Source: a virus. Taken from it: a stretch of DNA of 39,648 nt. Shown here piece after piece: positions 7,816 through 14,977 of this stretch. The stretch's first letter is position 1, and the number at the start of each line of letters is the position of its first letter. The position numbers were made by a program, and so were the translations under genes. The notes beneath the pieces are model-generated. The model saw only the letters and a program-made list of their open reading frames with translations. It was not told the origin of the DNA and did no database searches. The stretch covers positions 1 to 39,648 of IMG/VR virus record IMGVR_UViG_3300045988_050273. The stretch is one strand, 5' to 3'.

Positions 7816-8493
7816 ATGGCCGAAACATTGGAAAGTATTAAGCAAGAGATCGCAAAGATCGCAGCAGAGAAAGCAGACTTAAAAGGCATTGTCAACCAGC
7901 AAAAGGAAACGATCAAACGACAAGAAACGACGATCGGCAACTTACAGGAAGCACTTAAAGCCGCAGACGCTAACATGATTGACCGGGTTAACAAACTGCA
8001 GAAAGAGATCGACGAGTTTAAAGAAGCGCTGGACCGCGAAGCTACCGAGAACGTAAGACTTATCAAAGAAGTCGGCACACTAACCGAACTCAAAGAAGAC
8101 CTTAAGGAAGACCTTGAAGCGTCCAAAGCAGCACACAACCGGACATGGCAAGAAAAGAGAAACTTAGAGATCGAGGTCCACGAACTACGCCAGGATATCT
8201 TAGAAATGACAGACAAAAACCAAGCTGCCGACGGAATGATTGCAGCACTGACAGCCAAGGACGAGGAACTACGCAAGCTGGGCGAAAAGGTACCAGCTAA
8301 GGATCGCGAGATCAACGACTTAAAAGAGCAAGTTAAGAGCCTGGAAAAAGCGCTGGATCGTAAAGGTGACGACTATTACAGGGTCGCAACTGAAAAAGAA
8401 CACCTAGCCAACGCGATCGAAAACGCGTACCGCTCGCTTATGATTACACGGGGCTACCAGCTGCCAGATGAAAGTGGTGTGAGCAATGGTTAG
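7816..8493 (+). CDS. Coiled-coil protein, unknown function
   Basis: ATG 7816 follows AAGGAG (7801..7806). It is 225 aa and heptad-rich with a K/E/L/Q composition throughout. It is the first gene behind promoter P1. Confidence 0.85.
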   Translation: MAETLESIKQEIAKIAAEKADLKGIVNQQKETIKRQETTIGNLQEALKAADANMIDRVNKLQKEIDEFKEALDREATENVRLIKEVGTLTELKEDLKEDLEASKAAHNRTWQEKRNLEIEVHELRQDILEMTDKNQAADGMIAALTAKDEELRKLGEKVPAKDREINDLKEQVKSLEKALDRKGDDYYRVATEKEHLANAIENAYRSLMITRGYQLPDESGVSNG

Positions 8494-8656
8494 GGGCTAC
8501 GAGATCATACAAGCGATACTTATGGCCATTATTTTTGGTCATGCTTTGACTATTGGTAACAAAATGATTATGCTTATAGCAGCGGCTAGTTTCATAATCT
8601 ACGCAGTACGTTTCAACTATTATGCAATGCAGCCAGCAAAGAAAGGGAGAGGGTAA
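8486..8656 (+). CDS. Small membrane protein (56 aa), not in the ORF track
   Basis: ATG 8486 overlaps the end of the upstream gene. The translation is MVRGYEIIQAILMAIIFGHALTIGNKMIMLIAAASFIIYAVRFNYYAMQPAKKGRG, with two hydrophobic segments. It fills the otherwise empty 8494..8659 gap. The SD is weak. Confidence 0.5.
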   Translation: MVRGYEIIQAILMAIIFGHALTIGNKMIMLIAAASFIIYAVRFNYYAMQPAKKGRG

Positions 8657-8659
8657 ACA

Positions 8660-8911
8660 ATGGCAAAGCCTACAGAAGCAGTACAAGCAATCATTGACGC
8701 AGAGGTAACGACACGTAAACGACGCAACGGGTACACGATCGAAAAAGGTAGCGGCGTCTTATTCTTTTTAGATGATCGCGAAATCTACCACGGGGTCTAT
8801 TTGAATATCGACGACGGTGAACTAATCGCGCCAGCAAAGTATGACGGTGAGTTACGGACCTTAGAGGACCTAGACGCGTACTACGAAGCTACGAGCAGCG
8901 AGGTAGAATAA
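8660..8911 (+). CDS. Hypothetical protein (83 aa)
   Basis: ATG 8660 follows GGGAGAGGG. The stop overlaps the next start (TAATG). Confidence 0.75.
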   Translation: MAKPTEAVQAIIDAEVTTRKRRNGYTIEKGSGVLFFLDDREIYHGVYLNIDDGELIAPAKYDGELRTLEDLDAYYEATSSEVE

Positions 8912-9156
8912 TGGGTAAGCCTTATTATCTTAGGACTGGCACAGGCGATTTTAACTACGTCAATCACAGACTAAACGACGATAGTTACGTTTGTGCCGGT
9001 CCAGGGTATGAGCGCAAGGGTATCAATACTTGTATCCATACCCGACGAGAGTGGAAGAAGTATTTTCCGGACCTGGTACGGTCGGGCAAACTTGAGCGAG
9101 TAACCGGAAAGGCGGCGGTCGCGTGGCGAAAAAGCCAACGATTAGAGAATCAGTAG
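8911..9156 (+). CDS. Hypothetical protein (81 aa)
   Basis: ATG 8911 is coupled to the upstream stop. I recognise no motif. Confidence 0.7.
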   Translation: MGKPYYLRTGTGDFNYVNHRLNDDSYVCAGPGYERKGINTCIHTRREWKKYFPDLVRSGKLERVTGKAAVAWRKSQRLENQ

Positions 9157-9437
9157 TCGAAAGCTACCTAAGAAAACAGGTCATGCTAGCCGGGGGCCTT
9201 TGCTGGAAGTTTACCAGCCCAGGGACCAACGGCGTACCGGATCGCGTTTGCATTATGAACGGCAATATCGTTTTCGTTGAATTAAAACGGCCAGGCGGTA
9301 AGCCTAGGGCCGATCAGATCGCTATTCATAAACTTATGGCCATTAGGGGCGTAGCGACGCTTGTGATCGACAGTAAGCAACAGGTCGACGAGTTGGTCGC
9401 TATGATGAAGAAGAACCAAGGGACCGGTGGCTGGTGA
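9123..9437 (+). CDS. VRR-NUC domain nuclease
   Basis: ESVVESYLRKQV...GVPDRVCIMNGNIVFVELKRPGGKPRADQIAIHKLM fits the PD...ExK...Q pattern of VRR-NUC. GTG start at 9123. Confidence 0.8.
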   Translation: MAKKPTIRESVVESYLRKQVMLAGGLCWKFTSPGTNGVPDRVCIMNGNIVFVELKRPGGKPRADQIAIHKLMAIRGVATLVIDSKQQVDELVAMMKKNQGTGGW

Positions 9438-9462
9438 TCCATTTTAAAAAGTAGAGAGGACG

Positions 9463-9478
9463 TGTTTCACGTGGAACA
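9463..9478. promoter_or_regulatory. parS site 1 (chromosomal ParB/Spo0J-binding centromere-like sequence)
   Basis: TGTTTCACGTGGAACA. Its reverse complement TGTTCCACGTGAAACA matches the TGTTNCACGTGAAACA consensus at 16 of 16 positions. Confidence 0.85.
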
Positions 9479-9758
9479 AGAGATCAAGAAGTTAACCAAG
9501 GCCGTCGACAAACTGGCCAGGGAATTGAAACGGTACAATGATACCAAGAACACAGGGCCAGCCGGTGAGCCTGGTAGTCTGCCAGACGTCAAGGTAAGTC
9601 TAGGCCAGCGTAATGAGGGACGGACATTCGCAAACATGCTAGCTAGGGCCATGAGCCAGGACGCAGATGAACAAGTACGCGAAAAAATGGAAGAGATCGC
9701 GGCGGCACTGAAAGCCGAGCAAGTTAAAAAATATCGCAGCAGAGGGGGACGAAGCTAA
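9471..9758 (+). CDS. Hypothetical protein (95 aa; 98 aa if started at GTG 9462)
   Basis: The track start GTG 9462 lies only 2 nt after the SD AGAGAGGA (9453..9460). GTG 9471, the centre of the parS palindrome, has more plausible spacing. I recognise no family. Confidence 0.7.
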   Translation: MEQEIKKLTKAVDKLARELKRYNDTKNTGPAGEPGSLPDVKVSLGQRNEGRTFANMLARAMSQDADEQVREKMEEIAAALKAEQVKKYRSRGGRS

Positions 9759-10090
9759 TGGAAAAAGGACTTAAAAGATACCCGAACCAGATACCGACAC
9801 GTATGGCAATGACCGAAAAACCCGTGCCGATCCAAAAGAACCCGGAAAGTTGGGACCGTGCCTATGCTGAAATTAAAGTACGGCCGGAGGTAAAAGAAAA
9901 ACTTTGGGAGGGCACGGACAGGGACCTACTTAAGCAGCAGCTGGCCGTTGGTCTAGGGCTGCAGTTGATCGAAGCTTACGGCATAGAGGAAACCGTCGAC
10001 GAAACCGACGGGCACTATATTTACACCGTGACCGCGCCGTTCGGGCCTTATGTTATGAAACACCACAACTACAAACAAGGAGGGTTTTAA
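9758..10090 (+). CDS. Hypothetical protein, paralogue of 37413..37736
   Basis: KPVPIQKNPESWDRAY...LKQQLAVGLGLQLIEAYGIEE aligns with KEIPIQKNLEDWKILA...KRQLATQIGMAIIDHYGMAK of the 37413 gene. Confidence 0.75.
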   Translation: MEKGLKRYPNQIPTRMAMTEKPVPIQKNPESWDRAYAEIKVRPEVKEKLWEGTDRDLLKQQLAVGLGLQLIEAYGIEETVDETDGHYIYTVTAPFGPYVMKHHNYKQGGF

Positions 10091-10091
10091 A

Positions 10092-10487
10092 ATGATAAAT
10101 TTCAAAGTAACCGGCGTCGATATTCAAGCCGACGTAAACCAGGACGACTTCACAAGCGTCATACTTCACACCTTAGTCACAAGCGACAAGAAACGGGGGT
10201 CCGCCGAGGAATTAGAGCAGATCGCTAGGGCAGTCGGTACGCTATGCCATACTGACCTGGAACCCGGGTACGAGGTAAACCGGGCGCCTTTGGGTCACAC
10301 GGTCGAAGAGGTCAACAGTACGATAAGCTACGCTGAAAGCGCAGTGTATGACAGTGTTATGTTAGAACTTAAAAATGCAGCCCTTAAAGGTGTAGCGCCT
10401 ATCCAAGCCATTAAGAACTTAGGCGGCATTGAGAGCGAGGGCGTTCTGCTGGCGGTACGTGACTGGCTTAACGAGGTGACGCAATGA
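10092..10487 (+). CDS. Hypothetical protein (131 aa)
   Basis: ATG 10092 follows AAGGAGGG. The stop overlaps the next start (ATGA). Confidence 0.75.
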   Translation: MINFKVTGVDIQADVNQDDFTSVILHTLVTSDKKRGSAEELEQIARAVGTLCHTDLEPGYEVNRAPLGHTVEEVNSTISYAESAVYDSVMLELKNAALKGVAPIQAIKNLGGIESEGVLLAVRDWLNEVTQ

Positions 10488-10801
10488 TAATCGCAACCTT
10501 TAAACCAGACGGCTTTTGGGTCAAGGGTCATGCAGAATACGCAGAGATCGGTAGCGATATCGTTTGCGCTGCCGTGTCGTCCCTGGTTACTCACACCGTT
10601 CGGCTCATGGCGCAACAAGGGTACCAATACGAACTCACAGAGGACGTCACAGGCCTTGCAGCCGTTAAGGTATTAGTTACACCGTTTGGGGCTTTAAACG
10701 TCATGAGCGCGCTCATGGATAGCCTAAACGACATTGCAGCTCAGTACCCGGAAAATATCGAGGTCCACGACTTTACGAGAAAAGAGGAAGACAATGAATA
10801 A
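10484..10801 (+). CDS. prp: Prp-like cysteine protease (ribosomal protein L27 N-terminal processing family, DUF464)
   Basis: MIIATFKPDGFWVKGHAEYAEIGSDIVCAAVSSLVTHTV carries the family signature GHA...G.DIVCAxVS (His/Cys dyad). The size (105 aa) is typical. Confidence 0.85.
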   Translation: MIIATFKPDGFWVKGHAEYAEIGSDIVCAAVSSLVTHTVRLMAQQGYQYELTEDVTGLAAVKVLVTPFGALNVMSALMDSLNDIAAQYPENIEVHDFTRKEEDNE

Positions 10802-11114
10802 GATCACGTATGCCACTTGCCAGAAGTGTGGCAAAGCTGCAGAATTTGAGGTAAGCCGCGGCCACGCCGTCGTCAAAGCGACGAACGAACCGGCAGACTA
10901 TCAAAGTACCGAGTGCCCAGAGTGTGGCTATATAACTGTATTCACTGCCACCACTGCCCGGCTTAAACATCAGCTGGCGAAGCAAGGCGCGGCGCGGAAA
11001 CAAAGCCGCGGTAAGCGTAGACTAGCTGATACGATACTCGCAGAGTTGACCGTCGTTTCGTCGTTATTAGAGGATCAACTAAACAAAGAAAAGAGGGAAA
11101 ACAATGATTTATAG
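10794..11114 (+). CDS. Zinc-ribbon protein (106 aa)
   Basis: Track ORF 10734 trimmed to ATG 10794 (AAAGAGGAAG SD; 8-nt overlap with prp). CQKCGK...CPECGY forms a CxxC...CxxC ribbon, followed by a basic C-terminal helix. Confidence 0.75.
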   Translation: MNKITYATCQKCGKAAEFEVSRGHAVVKATNEPADYQSTECPECGYITVFTATTARLKHQLAKQGAARKQSRGKRRLADTILAELTVVSSLLEDQLNKEKRENNDL

Positions 11115-11712
11115 ATTTATGTATCAAAACCCACCTAAAGCCACACGCCATGCTAGTATGGCCGTTGCGGTAACGCCTAAAGACCTATCGATCACCGCGA
11201 GAGCTGCTTATCGGGCGAAGTACGGTACGGACATGGTAGCCGACGGCTATAGTTTCTTTGCTCATAGCGCTGAATCGGGCGACGTATACGCTGGCGATCC
11301 GGGTACCGACGCAGACGGTGGGGTCAAAGGTCCGAAGCCGTCGATCCTAGACCTTATAGCGCCGGCATACAGCAAAAAAGTTGATTATGACCCAAAGAGT
11401 GATACAGTTACTTTTCACGGTGGCAGTGATGAAGAAAGTAGGGCTAAGGAAATCATAAGCGAAGTGTTTGAGGATATCGACAGACCGGATCGCTACCTAC
11501 AGGGTGAGATCGACTTGATCGACGCTGCTTACTTGCTTTTTCCCTGGGATCAGTTTAAAGGGTTTATGAAAATAACGATCATGAGATATACGCTACGGTA
11601 CGAGCACAAGGGCTGGCTTAAGGACCTGGACAAGATCACGGTCTACACGCGACGGCTCAAAGAACTGGAAGTTAAGAACAAAGAACGGGAGGATCGCAAT
11701 AATGAAAAGTAA
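11104..11712 (+). CDS. DUF3310-like protein
   Basis: The C-terminal FMKITIMRYTLRYEHKGWLKDLDKITVYTRRLKE resembles the DUF3310 signature (..KY..R...K....DL.K...Y...L). Confidence 0.55.
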   Translation: MIYRFMYQNPPKATRHASMAVAVTPKDLSITARAAYRAKYGTDMVADGYSFFAHSAESGDVYAGDPGTDADGGVKGPKPSILDLIAPAYSKKVDYDPKSDTVTFHGGSDEESRAKEIISEVFEDIDRPDRYLQGEIDLIDAAYLLFPWDQFKGFMKITIMRYTLRYEHKGWLKDLDKITVYTRRLKELEVKNKEREDRNNEK

Positions 11713-12043
11713 ACCAATGATTTTAGCAGCTGCAGCTTTGAAGACCGTCGTACTATTTACGATCGGCGCTGGGACGGTGGGCATGTATGAAATGGTACAG
11801 CACAGGGACGTCTTGGTTATCTTACTAACGATCGGCGTGGTGGCAACGGGCCTTATTTACCTGGTGGAAGTATCCGGGGCGATCGACAAGTCCAAGCCTA
11901 TCCGGCAGCTTTACGACGTCTACGATCGGGACGGCCGAAAATATACGTACCTGGCCAGCAGCAAAGAGGAAGCAGCCGACGAGTTCCTAAAAAAGAACCC
12001 TTGGGCTGGGATCACTAAGGTCGAGCGAGGTGTCGAAGTATGA
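11702..12043 (+). CDS. Membrane protein (113 aa, two predicted TM helices)
   Basis: Hydrophobic segments ILAAAALKTVVLFTIGAGTVG and VLVILLTIGVVATGLIYLV. Confidence 0.7.
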   Translation: MKSKPMILAAAALKTVVLFTIGAGTVGMYEMVQHRDVLVILLTIGVVATGLIYLVEVSGAIDKSKPIRQLYDVYDRDGRKYTYLASSKEEAADEFLKKNPWAGITKVERGVEV

Positions 12044-12186
12044 ACCAGTACAAAGTAAACTACGTAGACTGGAAAGGCCGCGTTACTTGCATGTACGTCT
12101 TTGCTGATACTGAAATGGAAGCACGGGCGCAAGGAATGGTAGGGCAAGGCGTGTTTAAAATAATCAATGTGGAGGTAGTGAAATGA
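12040..12186 (+). CDS. Small protein (48 aa), tandem paralogue 1; not in the ORF track
   Basis: ATG 12040 (ATGA overlap; GAGG 9 nt upstream). The translation is MNQYKVNYVDWKGRVTCMYVFADTEMEARAQGMVGQGVFKIINVEVVK. It ends in the repeated junction GGAGGTAGTGAAATGA. Confidence 0.6.
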   Translation: MNQYKVNYVDWKGRVTCMYVFADTEMEARAQGMVGQGVFKIINVEVVK

Positions 12187-12335
12187 GAACCTGGGACTAT
12201 TGTGTTACCTATATCGACATGCTAGGCGAACGGACCAAGGCGATCGTAGCGGCCAGCAGTGCCAGAGAAGCAGAACTAGAAATCATTACGGAATGTTACC
12301 CACAAGAAATCATACACACGGAGGTAGTGAAATGA
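12183..12335 (+). CDS. Small protein (50 aa), tandem paralogue 2; not in the ORF track
   Basis: ATG 12183 lies within GGAGGTAGTGAAATGA. The translation is MRTWDYCVTYIDMLGERTKAIVAASSAREAELEIITECYPQEIIHTEVVK. It shares the Y.V.Y.D..G...A....EA...I..EVVK pattern with 12040..12186. Confidence 0.6.
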   Translation: MRTWDYCVTYIDMLGERTKAIVAASSAREAELEIITECYPQEIIHTEVVK

Positions 12336-12508
12336 TTAAAGTAGTTTTCAACATGGCCAGCGGTCAGAAATTAACCGGAGATATGGACGAAGAACAGTAT
12401 CAAGCACTTATTCAGGCAGCCATAGAGGAACCCGTTATCGAGATCAGGGGCGACGGTAAGCGTGTCGTCATATTTACAAAATACATCGAAAGCATTACAA
12501 GGGGGTAG
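12332..12508 (+). CDS. Small protein (58 aa)
   Basis: Track ORF 12200 trimmed to ATG 12332, which follows the second GGAGGTAGTGAAATGA junction. The translation starts MIKVVFNMASGQKLTGDMDEEQYQAL... Confidence 0.65.
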   Translation: MIKVVFNMASGQKLTGDMDEEQYQALIQAAIEEPVIEIRGDGKRVVIFTKYIESITRG

Positions 12509-12512
12509 TGAA

Positions 12513-13013
12513 ATGAGCACACTGTTAAGTCACGCAAAAGAAGAATTGAAACGATACAACAATGGCCTATACGGCGACATGTTAAGCGAAGCAATTTACG
12601 AGATCGTCGAGGTATTCGCAAAGCAAGGTCATAGCGGTTTTAGCGCAGCAATGGCAGCCGAAGCAGCTGGGCGCTTGATGAACTTTAAACCTTTGACACC
12701 ATTGACCGGGGAAGACGACGAGTGGAAAGAGCTGGACTACCTAGGCGGCCATGCACGCTGGCAGAACAAGCGCCACACTTCACTATTCAAGGACGAAGAT
12801 GGTTTTTGCTACGACCTTGACGCCGTAACCTTTGAAGACGTAGACGAGCCTGGTAACTTCTTCACTAATGGCGACCTGGTACGTCGTTACCACCGAGGTA
12901 TTCCGCGGATCAAGTTCCCTTACATGCCAGCAGATAAGCCCGTAGTGTGCAAGATCAAAGAACTTAACGACGGTACGCGTGTGATCGTCGACTATGGGGC
13001 TGGGCGCAGATGA
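12513..13013 (+). CDS. Hypothetical protein (166 aa)
   Basis: Track ORF 12462 trimmed to ATG 12513, which follows the third junction copy GGGGGTAGTGAAATG. Confidence 0.75.
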   Translation: MSTLLSHAKEELKRYNNGLYGDMLSEAIYEIVEVFAKQGHSGFSAAMAAEAAGRLMNFKPLTPLTGEDDEWKELDYLGGHARWQNKRHTSLFKDEDGFCYDLDAVTFEDVDEPGNFFTNGDLVRRYHRGIPRIKFPYMPADKPVVCKIKELNDGTRVIVDYGAGRR

Positions 13014-14686
13014 AGTTCGTCCCACACGACTACCAACAGACCGCGCTTGACTTCATGATGAGCCACAACCGGGCGCTCATTATCCAAGACATGGGACTAG
13101 GTAAAACTGTGACCAGCCTTACCGCTATCAAGAAATCAATGTTTCCCACAGACGGCAGTGAGCCACGCTATCGTCGTCCGCTTATCATTGCGCCTAAGAT
13201 CGTATCGGAAAACACCTGGGCTAACGAGTTAGCGAAATGGGATCACTTGAAGACGCTCAAATATATTGAACTGGACGCCACACGGGTCGACCAGCGGATA
13301 GAACAATTTGACAGAATCGACGACGGCGTCCTAACGATCATGAGCGAAAGCAAAATACAGTGGCTTATTGACACGCTTAACGACGTGACCCAAGACCGTG
13401 AATGGCCTTGGGATTGCGTCTATATCGACGAGATCAGTATTTTCAAAAGCCCAAAGAGCCAGCGCTTTAAGAACCTTAAGAAGAAGCTGCAGAACCGTTG
13501 CGACTACGTCTATGGTTTAACTGGTACGCCAGCGCCGAATGACCTGGCCGACCTTTGGGCGATCATGCTACTAATTGACCGCGGCGCCAGACTAGGTGAT
13601 ACCCGTAAGTATTTCAACAAGACTTACTGCAAAGGGATCACGGTGAAAGTCAACGGTGGGGACCAGGAGATCACGAACTACAAAGTGGCCGACGAAGCCT
13701 ACGACCGGGTACTAGAAGATATCAGCGACATATGTATAGCCATGAGCGCCAAGGATCACCTGGACGATAACCCAGAGATCGAACTACACAAGCACGAAGT
13801 CAAGCTGCCTAAGAAGACGCTGGACTTGATCGACGAGCTGACGGTTAAGCGTGTCCTGGAACTCGCTGGACGAGAAAGCAGCCACAAGGTCGAACGTATT
13901 GAGCGACGGATCGAAAAGTACCAGGCAAGCGGATCGTTAGCAAAGCAGCGACGTATTCCTAAGCTTAGACAAAAGGCCCAACGGATCAAAGACGCCGAGG
14001 GCAGCGGTGATATTGTGTTACGTGCCAGCCATGTATTTAGTCTGATATCCATAGGCCGCCAGATTGCCGGGGGCGCCGTTTACGAGGGCGTACCGGAAAC
14101 CGACGACGAGGACCTTATCGCAGAGTTTTACAAGAACCGACGTGTCATAGAAGACAATGATACAAAGCTTGCTAAAGTCCAGGAGATCGTCGACGGGGTC
14201 AATGACAACGTACTTATCTTTTATCACTATAAACACGAAGCAGATCGGATCAAGTCGCTTTACCCAGACGCTAAGGTCCTTAACACAGCGAACGCTAGAC
14301 GAGTGATACCAGAGTGGAACCGAAAGAGGATACGCGTGTTACTGGCGAACCCGGCGAGTACAAAGTTTGGCTTGAATATGCAAGACGGCGGCCACACGAT
14401 CATATGGTACGGCTTAGACTATTCATTTGAGAAGTACGTCCAATCGAACGCCAGACTGGCACGTCAAGGACAGAAGAACAAGGTCGACGTCCACTTGCTA
14501 CTCGCAGCCGACACGATCGACAGAGATATCGAAGCGGCCATAGTTTCTAAGTCGTCGATAAACGATTTTGTATACGATAGCCTAAGCGCCAGCAAAGAAG
14601 CACGGGCAGAAGTCCAGCGCGCAGCTACGGATCGGATCGGCAAGGCAACCCAGCGTGCTACGGGTCGTCGTGTTATCGTGCAATAA
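13010..14686 (+). CDS. SNF2/DEAD-like superfamily 2 helicase
   Basis: Motif I is IIQDMGLGKTVTSL, motif II is VYIDEISIFK, motif III is GLTGTPAPN, and motif VI is QSNARLARQGQ. Confidence 0.9.
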   Translation: MKFVPHDYQQTALDFMMSHNRALIIQDMGLGKTVTSLTAIKKSMFPTDGSEPRYRRPLIIAPKIVSENTWANELAKWDHLKTLKYIELDATRVDQRIEQFDRIDDGVLTIMSESKIQWLIDTLNDVTQDREWPWDCVYIDEISIFKSPKSQRFKNLKKKLQNRCDYVYGLTGTPAPNDLADLWAIMLLIDRGARLGDTRKYFNKTYCKGITVKVNGGDQEITNYKVADEAYDRVLEDISDICIAMSAKDHLDDNPEIELHKHEVKLPKKTLDLIDELTVKRVLELAGRESSHKVERIERRIEKYQASGSLAKQRRIPKLRQKAQRIKDAEGSGDIVLRASHVFSLISIGRQIAGGAVYEGVPETDDEDLIAEFYKNRRVIEDNDTKLAKVQEIVDGVNDNVLIFYHYKHEADRIKSLYPDAKVLNTANARRVIPEWNRKRIRVLLANPASTKFGLNMQDGGHTIIWYGLDYSFEKYVQSNARLARQGQKNKVDVHLLLAADTIDRDIEAAIVSKSSINDFVYDSLSASKEARAEVQRAATDRIGKATQRATGRRVIVQ

Positions 14687-14711
14687 CCCAGAAAGTCAGT
14701 AATGGTCAAGA

Positions 14712-14972
14712 AAGCTAGTAACCTACCTAGTATACCACCTAGTACACCGCAAAACGTTATCGTACCAGTGCTTTTAACTAGGTACTACTAGGTCATACTA
14801 GCTTTATATAACTTTTAAATTAGGGGTATAGTATGCTATTAGGCATAACAGTATATTAGAATTACAGAATAGTTTAAAAAACCTCGTAATACCTAGTAAC
14901 CTCGTAACCAGCCCGGTATGACAACGTTTCGGCGGTATACGAGCCTGAAACGACCTCGTAACCTCGTATACC
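14712..14972 (+). repeat. Structured ~260-bp non-coding element, copy A (second copy at 24958..25216)
   Basis: It aligns block by block with 24958..25216: AAGCTAGTA, TACCACCTAGTACACCG, ACTAGGT..TACTAGGTCATACTAGCTTTATATAA, TATAGT, TATATTAG, AATAGTTTAAAA, TACCTAGTAACCTCGTAAC, GGTATACGAGCC, GACCTCGTA.CCTCGTA.ACC. It contains at least 8 copies of CCT(A/C)GTA or its complement. Confidence 0.9.
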
Positions 14973-14977
14973 TTTTT
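14934..14977 (+). terminator. Perfect 10-bp hairpin plus T5 at the 3' end of repeat copy A
   Basis: GGTATACGAG (14934..14943) pairs with CTCGTATACC (14963..14972), followed by TTTTT (14973..14977). The homologous hairpin in copy B (25178..25216) has no T-run. Confidence 0.55.

Noticed and set aside
14712-14972. The duplicated 260-bp element considered as a MITE-like mobile element
   Set aside because: It has no terminal inverted repeats matching between its two ends, no flanking target-site duplication, and no transposase in the genome. The internal architecture looks regulatory or structural instead.
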